Part shown: positions 1-12,800 of the stretch, one piece after another
Numbering within the stretch: the first letter of the stretch is position 1
How the letters are laid out: every line of letters starts with the position of its first letter
Assembly (NCBI GenBank): GCA_032718475.1
Contig: JAUCBJ010005094.1
Span: 1-45,469 of the forward strand
Source of the DNA: Nemertoderma westbladi
Lineage: Eukaryota; Animalia; Xenacoelomorpha
Length of the DNA stretch: 45,469 nt
Direction: 5' to 3'
Position numbers and translations under genes: made by a program
Notes under the pieces: generated by a model
The model's database searches: none
The model's input: only the letters and a program-made list of their open reading frames with translations
Told to the model about the DNA's origin: nothing

Positions 1-961
1 AAAAACATAAAGCTTAGAAATGGTGATCAAATCAAATTGTTCTAGAAAAAATCTTCGAATTTTGGGAAAAAAGCATAAAAATTTAAAGTTTATAAGTGTT
101 TATCAAGGTTAATGTTACTTGAATTTTCATAAAACTATAGGAGAACATTCAAAGAATTTCTAGATTTAAAATATTATTCATTAAATAAAATATCGGGGTT
201 GGAGAGGGGGGGGGGGGGGGATTGTCCGGGGGGCAATAGATGCCCCCCGGCATCTTTATTAAATGCCTACAATGTAATTTACTATTAAACATCTGGCTGG
301 TGAGATATTCTTATTGTTTAAAACCCAGCAGCGCCCAACGTCTACATTTGTAACCCCATAATGGACTGTTTTCAAATCAATGCTGTAGTTACTTAATATA
401 TCCTATAACTATTATAATGCTATAATATGATTAATTAAAGGTGCATCTATATGACTGACACTTAAAAAACGGTAAATTTTAAAAATTTGCATTTCTAAAG
501 TGACTCTAAAAATCGGAAATATATTTTTTCAGACATCGATTGGCATTACTTCATTCTATGTAACTATATTGTTATAGACAACAGGGATTGTGGCATATTT
601 TTATTGTCAGATAATGGGAGATTTAATAAAACAATAAAATATCATGTAGTCTACCCTCTTTAGTCTAGCAAATTCAAATTATTTACAGAAGACTACATTT
701 GTAGTGCTTGGGCACTACATAGTGATTGATACTTTTAGACACAATCTGTGTGATACTGTACCAGCTGACCAGAGGTACCGGTACCCAGAATATTACTACA
801 GTACGGCCTGACAGTACTGCAGTAGGTACTACACCTTCCACTGTCAGACTGTACCACTTTCCTAATGCAGGAGTTACTGGTACCTGTACAGCAGTAACAA
901 TACAGCAATAGGCTACACTAGCCCGCTAACATTCCAAGGCATTAGAATGATTGACTGTGCC

Positions 962-1898
962 CAGGGATGGCAATTAGGTTTTAATATTAGGTTTTATTAT
1001 TAGGTTTTAATAAAAAACCTAGTGTAAAAATTATTAGGTTTTATTAGGTTTTATTGGGTTTTATTCCAGTCTGCCACGAGAGTGCAATCCGTTGGCCTAA
1101 TTATTGGGTATGGGGGAAAAACCTCACATTTCGTTGTGTGCTAGAGTGCTAGACTTTCAAAGACGGTTCGATTAGACATTAGCAGATTATCCAGTCGGGG
1201 AGTTCTATTTACAACTGAGTTGAAATTTAAACTTTATTTTTTAAAATTCAACTTTTTTTAAAATTCAACTTTTGGAGTTGGTTTGGAAATACTGATAAAT
1301 ATGGAATTGGGATCCATTACTGGTATTCCATTGTATAATATAATGATGAATGACATAGGCCTATAGCGGTAATTTAATACAACTAACAGCAGAGCAGTCT
1401 AATAAATTCCTGTAGTATTTCAGCTAATTTGCAAATGTAATCACTTAAAATGTTTTTAAAAAATGTAATCCCGGCGGTGAAAGTTTTTATTCCATCGGTA
1501 ATGAGGGTTGATTTTTCGAGTTACACCCATAAAAAGAATAAAAACACCCTTCTGTAACGTCTTGGGGCTAACTGCAGTACGCAGTACTGTACGTGTACGA
1601 TAGTTTTGCCATAGTTTGGTGAGATTATTATAAGTTAATAAGTCATACTTGCAATTGCTTCACAGACTTGAGAATAGGCGCAATGAAACCGCAATGGTCG
1701 ATTTAGTGGGTGTTACAACCTTCAAAACAGCAATTAAGTCATTGGTTCTCGAAAAATTTCTTAATTTTTGTATGAAAATTTAGGTTTTATTAGGTTTTTT
1801 TAGGTTTTATTAGGTTTTATTAGGTTTTATAAGGTTTTATTCAATTAAAGAAAAAACCTAATTTTGTTTTTTTTAAAATTAGGTTTTAACCATCCCTG
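962..1898. mobile_element. Non-autonomous hAT-type DNA transposon (MITE), 937 bp
   Basis: Terminal inverted repeats (TIRs) CAGGGATGG (962-970) and CCATCCCTG (1890-1898). Perfect 8-bp TSD ACTGTGCC (954-961 and 1899-1906). Clustered subterminal TTAGGTTTTA motifs at both ends. An 8-bp TSD with a CAG terminus is typical of the hAT superfamily. No transposase ORF. Confidence 0.88.
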
Positions 1899-2228
1899 AC
1901 TGTGCCTGTCTCAAAGTCTGGAAATTTCTGAATGCAGTTCAAAACTTTTGAACGCAGGAATTTTTGTAAATAAAATATAATTGCTGCTTCTAACAGCAGA
2001 ACAGTCTGAACTCTATTTAAATACCACTGAACCATTGCCCTGTGTACTCTGCGCTACAACTGTACTCCCTTCACCCAAGTCTAAACACTACATGCGCACA
2101 TTCACATGCCCACTTAAGATTGTTGCTGTGATTGTGACGCTCACCACATGGTGCATTGGCAGATTGGCCTGGAATCTACTCCACTTCACCCAACACCTAC
2201 TAATAAACTTGCAGTTCAGCTTAGGACT

Positions 2229-3256
2229 ATGGATTCCGATGCCGACTCTGTCGCTGATCGCTACATTCCTTTCGACGGCTTTCACAGGTCACTGGCTGAC
2301 TGGTGGATGTCAACGAAATGCAAACCAAACATCAACCCACCCCCCAGTTCAGCAGTTGACGTTGTGGAAGAAGAGCCCCTGCCAGCCCGCAACTCGATCA
2401 AGTTGAACTTGAAGCCTACAGTCAGACAGTCTCAGCGGCAGTGCTGCTAGTATCAGCAGAACCAGAAGTAACCGATACCAGTACAGACTTTCTCAAACAA
2501 AACCGGACGACAGCAAAATCCCGCGTAACACGACTCAAACCATAAGTAAGCAACCACATTGAAGGACAGGGCAGCAGCAGTACCTACGCTAAAGCTGCTA
2601 CTAGAAGACCTAACCGACGTCATTCTGGAGTACGCCGCCTCGCATCGATACACATGAAAACTCTCCAAACAGTCGGTCAGTCAGCCACTCCGAGAACATG
2701 GCGACGTGGATCTCCTCAGTGTGCAATGCAGCTAATGCATGCCGCTGCAGCACTGCTGCGCAAACCTACCTATACACCCGTTCCGGTACACAGTCCATTG
2801 TCTCGGGTGCGAGTTCTCGAATGGCTGCCCGATTGGCCCGTCAAGAACTCGAAGCCAACCTCGAACTCGAACATTTTGACAAAACTCAATCATCACACGA
2901 TCGTGAAGGCGAACTGGCCACATTTGCCGCTCGGCAGGCTGCTGACCAAGCTGCCCAAAACCTAAAACTCCCGTCTGAGTGCCGTAAAATGACGCTATGA
3001 AACTATCAAAGAACTTGAACTGAGAGTGGAGCGTTCCAGTCTCGCTTCTCGCTCTACTCCCGATCAGGAGAACGAGGACAGCACGTCCAACATTGGAGTG
3101 AATCCCGATGTTCCTGAGCCTACACAAGCCAGCCTCCCTGCGGCCCCAGCTGCCCCCTCCATGGTATCAGTTGGCCCCCCGTGGGTTCCCCCGGCTGCCC
3201 CGCTCGCAGTCGCATTGACAACTGGAAACCCGTTATTCCTACCCCCTTCCAGTTAG
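2229..3256 (+). pseudogene. Degenerate GC-rich coding remnant, possibly the gag N-terminus of a BEL/Pao LTR retrotransposon
   Basis: GC-rich island with consecutive broken plus-strand ORFs. The Ser-rich then helical Ala/Glu/Arg segment (SIVSGASSRMAARLARQELEANLELEHF) followed by a Pro/Ala-rich linker resembles BEL/Pao gag N-termini. This is resemblance only; no LTR or pol motif was seen. Confidence 0.3.
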
Positions 3257-4109
3257 GTGACCTTGGCTCCTGTGAACCTGTTGCCGTCCTCCATCGGGAC
3301 TCTATTTTCTCTCACCTACCTGTCCATTCCGCGCTCTCTCAGCAGCGTGAACTCGCCGGAGTTCTTTTCGACTTCAGCGCTCGGCTTCACATCGATAACT
3401 GCCGCTTCCAATTGTCCAATCGCCACTCCTTGAGAAACTGCCCCTGTTTAGCGTCCCCAGCCAGGCCGACACGGAGAGTTCCCGGCTTCCCCCTGGATCC
3501 TTACTATCCTTACAATTGCTATTTGAAGTAATGGACCCGGGGGGGGGGGGGGGGGGGTGGACACTACAAATACTATATTATCTACTGAAATTTTTAACTC
3601 AATTTTAGATTAAAAACTTTTTTAAACATTTGCTTTTGTGTATACTCAATTCTACACCCACCAAAGTAGTTAATAACATCCTTTTTATTATCCTTTATAA
3701 ACAAATTGGTGTTATTTTTATGAATATATAAATACCTCCATAGCGCCCAAGTACTACATTTGTACCCTACCTAATAAATCGAGATTGGTTAAAGTTTTGA
3801 TACTGTTGTTGAAACTATGTTTAAGTTAGACCATTTGGACTTAGTTCTGAAAATATGAATACATTGCCTCGAGTTTTTAGATGTCTGGGTTTTGCTGGGT
3901 TTTAATAATAAAATATTATAACTTTATTCAATCTGGCACAGCATTATGGAACATACGTTTATTAGCATTTTGCATATATATTTGGTTCAAATATAAAAAA
4001 CAGTGTTATTTTAAGTGGTTTGTTTCTTTTTTTTTTCAAGTTAATTTATTTATATTTTATCAATAACGTTTCGGGATAAATAAACACGTGGCCTACATAA
4101 TAGTGTGAA

Positions 4110-4654
4110 AAATGTGCCAGAAATGAGCCAGAAATGTTCCAGAAATGTGCCAGAAATGTGATAGAAATGTGCCAGAAATGTTCCAGAAATGTGCCAGAAA
4201 TGTGACAGAAATGTGACAGTAATGTGACAGAAATGTGACAGTAATGTGACAGAAATGTGACAGTAATGTGACATAAATGTGACATAAATGTGACAGTAAT
4301 GTGATAGAAATGTGCCAGAAATGTGACAGTAATGTTCCAGAAATGAGCCAGAAATGTGATAGAAATGTGCCAGAAATGTTCCAGAAATGTGCCAGAAATG
4401 TGACAGTAATGTGCCAGATATGTGACAGAAATGTGATAGAAATGTGCCAGGAATGTGATAGAAATGTGCCAGATATGTGACAGAAATGTGATAGAAATGT
4501 GCCAGAAATGTGACAGAAATGTGACAGTAATGTGATAGAAATGTGACAGAAATGTGCCAGAAATGTGACAGAAATGTGACAGTAATGTGACAGAAATGTG
4601 CCAGAAATGTGACAGAACTGTGACAGAAATGTGCCAGAAATGGGACAGAAATGT
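4110..4654. repeat. 11-bp minisatellite, consensus AAATGTGMCAG, about 50 units
   Basis: Visible tandem AAATGTGACAG, AAATGTGCCAG and AAATGTGATAG units. Confidence 0.95.
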
Positions 4655-5095
4655 ACACAATAAATAAAAGGGACCCAAAAACATCACAGCAGTGCCATTC
4701 TTAAAAACATACACAAGCAACATTATTGTAAAAAGTGGACAGACAAATCAGGGAAAAGTCAGGTAATTTGATATACAGGACATCATGGTGACATAAAGCG
4801 AAAATGGGTAAAATTTTCTCAGCTCGCTTCACTCGCCGCCGTTACATTTCCTCTTATCACTAAATATGTATAATACAGGTGCACTCTAATCACTTCGTTG
4901 TCAGTAATTGATGTGTTGTGGTGACATGGTGTGTGGATGTGATGTTTACCGCTAAATATATATATCTATGTGACTTTCTTTGGAATATAATTAAATGGTC
5001 ATGAATTAATTGTAGAGGTTTTTATAAATATGACTATGATAAAAAATTAATATATGAAGCCCTCGTCTCCTCGATACGTTGCTTTTGTGTTTCAG

Positions 5096-6712
5096 GTGAG
5101 TGGCAACCCTGGCCAGGGTCCACTCAACCTTTCTCCCCAACCTTTCCAGGTGAGTGGCAACCCTGGCCAGGGTCCACTCAGCCTTTCTCCCCAACTATTC
5201 CAGGTGAGTGGCAACCCTGGCCAGGGTCCACTCAACCTTTCTCCCCAACCTTTCCAGGTGAGTGGCAACCCTGGCCAGGGTCCACTCAACCTTTCTCCCC
5301 AACTACTCCAGGTGAGTGGCAACCCTGGCCAGGGTCCACTCAGTCTTTCTCCCAAACTATTCCAGGTGAGTGGCAACCCTGGCCCGGGTCCACTCAGCCT
5401 TTCTCCCAAACTACTCCAGGTGAGTGGCAACCCTGGCCCGGGTCCACTCAGCCTTTCTCCCAAACTACTCCAGGCGAGTGGCAACCCTGGCCTGGGTCCA
5501 CTCAGCCTTTCTCCCAAACTACTCCAGGTGAGTGGCAACCCTGGCCAGGGTCCACTCAGCCTTTCTCCCCAACTACTCCAGGTGAGTGGCAACCCTGGCC
5601 CGGGTCCACTCAGCCTTTTTCCCAAACTACTCCAGGTGAGTGGCAACCCCGGCCCGGGTCCACTCAGCCTTTCTCCCAAACTACTCCAGGTGAGTGGCAA
5701 CCCTGGCCAGGGTCCACTCAGTCTTTCTCCCAAACTATTCCAGGTGAGTGGCAACCCTGGCCAGGGTTCACTCAGCCTTTCTCCCCAACTATTCCAGGTG
5801 AGTGGCAACCCTGGCCACGATCCACTCAGCCTTTCTCACCAACTATTCCAGGTGAGTGGCAACCCTGGCCAGGGTCCACTCAGCCTTTCTCCCCAACTAC
5901 TCCAGGTGAGTGGCAACCCTGGCCCGGGTCCACTCAGCCTTTTTCCCAAACTACTCCAGGTGAGTGGCAACCCCGGCCCGGGTCCACTCAGCCTTTCTCC
6001 CAAACTACTCCAGGTGAGTGGCAACCCTGGCCAGGGTCCACTCAGTCTTTCTCCCAAACTATTCCAGGTGAGTGGCAACCCTGGCAAGGGTTCACTCAGC
6101 CTTTCTCCCCAACTATTCCAGGTGAGTGGCAACCCTGGCCCGGGTCCACTCAGCCTTTCTCCCAAACTACTCCAGGCGAGTGGCAACCCTGGCCAGGGTC
6201 CACTCAGCCTTTCTCCCAAACTACTCCAGGTGAGTGGCAACCCTGGCCAAGATCCACTCAGCCTTTCTCCCCAACTATTCCAGGTGAGTGGCAACCCTGG
6301 CCACGATCCACTCAGCCTTTCTCTCCAACTATTCCAGGTGAGTGGCAACCCTGGCCAGGGTCCACTCAGTCTTTCTCCCAAACTATTCCAGGTGAGTGGC
6401 AACCCTGGCAAGGGTTCACTCAGCCTTTCTCCCCAACTATTCCAGGTGAGTGGCAACCCTGGCCCGGGTCCACTCAGCCTTTCTCCCCAACTACTCCAGG
6501 TGAGTGGCAACCCTGGCCCGGGTCCACTCAGCCTTTCTCCCCAACTATTCCAGGTGAGTGGCAACCCTGGCCCGGGTCCAATCAGACTTTCTCCCCAACT
6601 ACTCCAGGTGAGTGGCAACCCTGGCCAGGGTCCACTCAACCTTTCTCCCCAACTACTCCAGGTGAGTGGCAACCCTGGCCAGGGTCCACTCAGCCTTTCT
6701 CCCAAACTACAG
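5096..6712 (+). repeat. 54-bp tandem array, 30 units (29 x 54 + 1 x 51 = 1617 bp)
   Basis: Unit GTGAGTGGCAACCCTGGCCAGGGTCCACTCAGCCTTTCTCCCCAACTATTCCAG. The length arithmetic fits exactly. Confidence 0.97.
5096..6712 (+). CDS. Candidate phase-1 coding exon of an unidentified plus-strand gene, encoding 30 copies of GEWQPWPGSTQPFS(P/Q)T(T/I)P
   Basis: Preceded by a good acceptor (GCTTTTGTGTTTCAG, 5081-5095) and followed by CAG|GTGAGT at 6713. The frame has no stops and no upstream in-frame ATG. About 8 variant types are synonymous in this frame versus about 3 in the listed QVSGNPG frame. Alternatively it is a terminal exon reading on to TGA at 6748-6750, with AATAAA at 6832-6837. Confidence 0.5.
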
Positions 6713-6891
6713 GTGAGTGTGGGACTTCCATAAATGTCAGTTTCTTTTGATAAATTGAAAAAATAGTTTATCATAATAATTATTATTGTGCATAAGAAAT
6801 GTATAACAATAAGAACGCAATTGCACCAAAAAATAAACAAACAAATTAAACTGGAATTGGAATGTCCGTAATAATTATATTTATCCCGTCA

Positions 6892-9800
6892 CATGTAATA
6901 TTAACCCATGTAATATTAACCTATGTAATATTAACCCATGGAATATTAATCCATGTAATATTAACAAATGTAATATTAACCCATGTAATATTAACCCATA
7001 TCATATTAACCCATGTAATATTAACCCATGTAATATTAACCCATATCATATTAACCCATGTAATATTATCAAATGTAATATTAACAAATGTAATATTAAC
7101 AAATGTAATATTAACAAATGTAATATTAACCCATGTAATATTAACCCATGTAATATTAACCCATGTAATATTAACAAATGTAATATTAACAAATGTAATA
7201 TTAACCCATGTAATATTAACCCATGTAATATTAACCCATGTAATATTAACCAATGTAATATTAACCCATTTAATATTCACCCATGTAATATTAATCAATG
7301 TAATATTAACCCATGTAATATTAACAAACGTAATATTAACCCATGTAATATTAACTCATGTAATATTAACTCATGTAATATTAACCCATGTAATATTAAT
7401 CTATGTAATATTAACCCATGTAATTTTAACCCATGTAATATTAACCCATGTAATATTAACCCATATCATATTAACCCATATAATATTAACAAATGTAATA
7501 TTAACCCATGTAATATTAACCAAAGTAACATTAACCCATGTAATATTAACCAATGTAATATTAACCCATGTAATATTAACTCATGTAATATTAACCCATG
7601 TAATATTAACCCATGTAATATTAATCCATGTAATATTAACCCATGTAATATTAACCCATGTAATATCAACCCATGTAATATTAACAAATGTAATATTAAC
7701 CCATGTAATATTAACCCATGTAATATTAACCCATGTAATATTAATCCAAGTAATATTAACCCATGTAATATTAACCCATGTAATATCAACCCATGTAATA
7801 TTAACAAATGTAATATTAACCCATGTAATATTAACCCATGTAATATTAACCCATGTAATATTAACCCATGTAATATTAACAAATGTAATATTAACAAATG
7901 TAATATTAACCCATGTAATATTATCAAATGTAATATTAACAAATGTAATATTAACAAATGTAATATTAACAAATGTAATATTAACCCATGTAATATTAAC
8001 CCATGTAATATTAACCCATGTAATATTAACACATGTAATATTAACAAATGTAATATTAACCCATGTAATATTAACCCATGTAATATTAACCCATGTAATA
8101 TTAACCCATGTAATATTAACCAATGTAATATTAACCCATTTAATATTCACCCATGTAATATTAATCAATGTAATATTAACCCATGTAATATTAACAAATA
8201 TAATATTAACAAATGTAATATTAACCCATGTAATATTAATCCATGTAATATTAACCCATGTAATATTAACCCATGTAATATCAACCCATGTAATATTAAC
8301 AAATGTAATATTAACCCATGTAATATTAACCCATGTAATATTAACCCATGTAATATTAATCCATGTAATATTAACCCATGTAATATTAACCCATGTAATA
8401 TTAACCAATGTAATATTAACCCATTTAATATTCACCCATGTAATATTAATCAATGTAATATTAACCCATGTAATATTAACAAATATAATATTAACAAATG
8501 TAATATTAACCCATGTAATATTAATCCATGTAATATTAACCCATGTAATATTAACCCATGTAATATCAACCCATGTAATATTAACAAATGTAATATTAAC
8601 CCATGTAATATTAACCCATGTAATATTAATCCATGTAATATTAACCCATGTAATATTAACCCATGTAATATCAACCCATGTAATATTAACAAATGTAATA
8701 TTAACCCATGTAATATTAACCCATGTAATATTAACCCATGTAATATTAACCCATGTAATATTAACAAATGTAATATTAACAAATGTAATATTAACCCATG
8801 TAATATTATCAAATGTAATATTAACAAATGTAATATTAACAAATGTAATATTAACAAATGTAATATTAACCCATGTAATATTAACCCATGTAATATTAAC
8901 CCATGTAATATTAACAAATGTAATATTAACAAATGTAATATTAACCCATGTAATATTAACCCATGTAATATTAACCCATGTAATATTAACCAATGTAATA
9001 TTAACCCATTTAATATTCACCCATGTAATATTAATCCATGTAATATTAACCCATGTAATATTAACCCATGTAATATTAACCAATGTAATATTAACAAATG
9101 TAATATTAATCCATGTAATATTAACCCATTTAATATTCACCCATGTAATATTAATCAATGTAATATTAACCCATGTAATATTAACAAATATAATATTAAC
9201 AAATGTAATATTAACCCATGTAATATTAACCCATGTAATATTAACCCATGTAATATTAACAAATGTAATATTAACCAATGTAATATTAACCCATGTAATA
9301 TTAACCCATGTAATATTAACCCATGTAATATTAACCCATGTAATATTAACCCATGTAATATTAACAAATATAATATTAACAAATGTAATATTAACCCATG
9401 TAATATTAACCCATGTAATATTAACAAATATAATATTAACAAATGTAATATTAACCCATGTAATATTAACCCATGTAATATTAACCCATGTAATATTAAC
9501 AAATATAATATTAACAAATGTAATATTAACCCATGTAATATTAACCCATTTAATATTCACCCATGTAATATTAATCAATGTAATATTAACCCATGTAATA
9601 TTAACAAATATAATATTAACAAATGTAATATTAACCCATGTAATATTAACCCATGTAATATTAACCCATGTAATATTAACCCATGTAATATTAACCCATG
9701 GAATATTAACAAATATAATATTAACCAATGTAATATTAACCAATGTAAAATAACCCATGTAATATTAACCCATGTAATATTAACCCATGTAATATTAACA

Positions 9801-12800
9801 AATATAATATTAACAAATGTAATATTAACCCATGTAATATTAACCCATGTAATATTAACAAATATAATATTAACAAATGTAATATTAACCCATGTAATAT
9901 TAACCCATGTAATATTAACCCATGTAATATTAACCCATGTAATATTAACCCATGGAATATTAACAAATATAATATTAACCAATGTAATATTAACCAATGT
10001 AAAATAACCCATGTAATATTAACCCAGGTAATATTAACCCATGTAATATTAACCCATGTAATATTAACCCATGTATTATTAACCAATGTAATATTAACCC
10101 ATGTAATATTAACCCATGTAATATTAACCCATATAATATTAACAAATGTAATATTAACCCATGTAATATTAACCCATGTAATATTAACCCATGTAATATT
10201 AACCCATGTAATATTAACCCATGTAATATTAACCAATGTAATATTAACCCATGTAATATTAACCCATGTATTATTAACCAATGTAATATTAACCCATGTA
10301 ATATTAATCCATGTAATATTAACCCATGTAATATTAACCCATGTAATATCAACCCATGTAATATTAACAAATGTAATATTAACCCATGTAATATTAACCC
10401 ATGTAATATTAACCCATGTAATATTAACCCATGTAATATTAACAAATGTAATATTAACAAATGTAATATTAACCCATGTAATATTATCAAATGTAATATT
10501 AACAAATGTAATATTAACAAATGTAATATTAACCCATGTAATATTAACCCATGTAATATTAACCCATGTAATATTAACAAATGTAATATTAACAAATGTA
10601 ATATTAACCCATGTAATATTAACCCATGTAATATTAACCCATGTAATATTAACCAATGTAATATTAACCCATTTAATATTCACCCATGTAATATTAATCA
10701 ATGTAATATTAACCCATGTAATATTAACAAATATAATATTAACAAATGTAATATTAACCCATGTAATATTAATCCATGTAATATTAACCCATGTAATATT
10801 AACCCATGTAATATCAACCCATGTAATATTAACAAATGTAATATTAACCCATGTAATATTAACCCATGTAATATTAACCCATGTAATATTAATCCATGTA
10901 ATATTAACCCATGTAATATTAACCCATGTAATATTAACCAATGTAATATTAACCCATTTAATATTCACCCATGTAATATTAATCAATGTAATATTAACCC
11001 ATGTAATATTAACAAATATAATATTAACAAATGTAATATTAACCCATGTAATATTAATCCATGTAATATTAACCCATGTAATATTAACCCATGTAATATC
11101 AACCCATGTAATATTAACAAATGTAATATTAACCCATGTAATATTAACCCATGTAATATTAATCCATGTAATATTAACCCATGTAATATTAACCCATGTA
11201 ATATCAACCCATGTAATATTAACAAATGTAATATTAACCCATGTAATATTAACCCATGTAATATTAACCCATGTAATATTAACCCATGTAATATTAACAA
11301 ATGTAATATTAACAAATGTAATATTAACCCATGTAATATTATCAAATGTAATATTAACAAATGTAATATTAACAAATGTAATATTAACAAATATAATATT
11401 AACAAATGTAATATTAACCCATGTAATATTAATCCATGTAATATTAACCCATGTAATATTAACCCATGTAATATCAACCCATGTAATATTAACAAATGTA
11501 ATATTAACCCATGTAATATTAACCCATGTAATATTAACCCATGTAATATTAACCCATGTAATATTAACAAATGTAATATTAACAAATGTAATATTAACCC
11601 ATGTAATATTATCAAATGTAATATTAACAAATGTAATATTAACAAATGTAATATTAACAAATGTAATATTAACCCATGTAATATTAACCCATGTAATATT
11701 AACAAATGTAATATTAACAAATGTAATATTAACAAATGTAATATTAACCCATGTAATATTAACCCATGTAATATTAACCCATGTAATATTAACCCATGTA
11801 ATATTAACAAATATAATATTAACAAATGTAATATTAACCCATGTAATATTAACCCATTTAATATTCACCCATGTAATATTAACCCATGTAATATTAACAA
11901 ATATAATATTAACAAATGTAATATTAACCCATGTAATATTAACCCATGTAATATTAACAAATATAATATTAACAAATGTAATATTAACCCATGTAATATT
12001 AACCCATTTAATATTCACCCATGTAATATTAATCAATGTAATATTAACCCATGTAATATTAACAAATATAATATTAACAAATGTAATATTAACCATGTAA
12101 TATTAACCCATGTAATATTAACCCATGTAATATTAACAAATGTAATATTAACCAATGTAATATTAACCCATTTAATATTCACCCATGTAATATTAATCAA
12201 TGTAATATTAACCCATGTAATATTAACAAATATAATATTAACAAATGTAATATTAACCATGTAATATTAACCCATGTAATATTAACCCATGTAATATTAA
12301 CAAATGTAATATTAACCAATGTAATATTAACCCATGTAATATTAACCCATGTAATATTAACCCATGTAATATTAACCCATGTAATATTAACCCATGTAAT
12401 ATTAACAAATATAATATTAACAAATGTAATATTAACCCATGTAATATTAACCCATGTAATATTAACAAATATAATATTAACAAATGTAATATTAACCCAT
12501 GTAATATTAACCCATGTAATATTAACCCATGTAATATTAACAAATATAATATTAACAAATGTAATATTAACCCATGTAATATTAACCCATTTAATATTCA
12601 CCCATGTAATATTAATCAATGTAATATTAACCCATGTAATATTAACAAATATAATATTAACAAATGTAATATTAACCATGTAATATTAACCCATGTAATA
12701 TTAACCCATGTAATATTAACAAATGTAATATTAACCAATGTAATATTAACCCATGTAATATTAACCCATGTAATATTAACCCATGTAATATTAACCCATG

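Noticed and set aside
973-1888. Telomeric TTAGG repeats
   Set aside because: The unit is TTAGGTTTTA, confined to the subterminal regions of the hAT MITE.
4046-4723. His/Phe-rich minus-strand ORFs
   Set aside because: Artefacts of the 11-bp minisatellite.
5054-6733. 559-aa QVSGNPGQGPLSLSP ORF and the minus-strand ORFs over the same array
   Set aside because: They are open because the unit is 54 bp. Unit variants are mostly non-synonymous in the listed plus frame, and the GEWQPW frame fits the splice phase and silent variation better. Not fully excluded.
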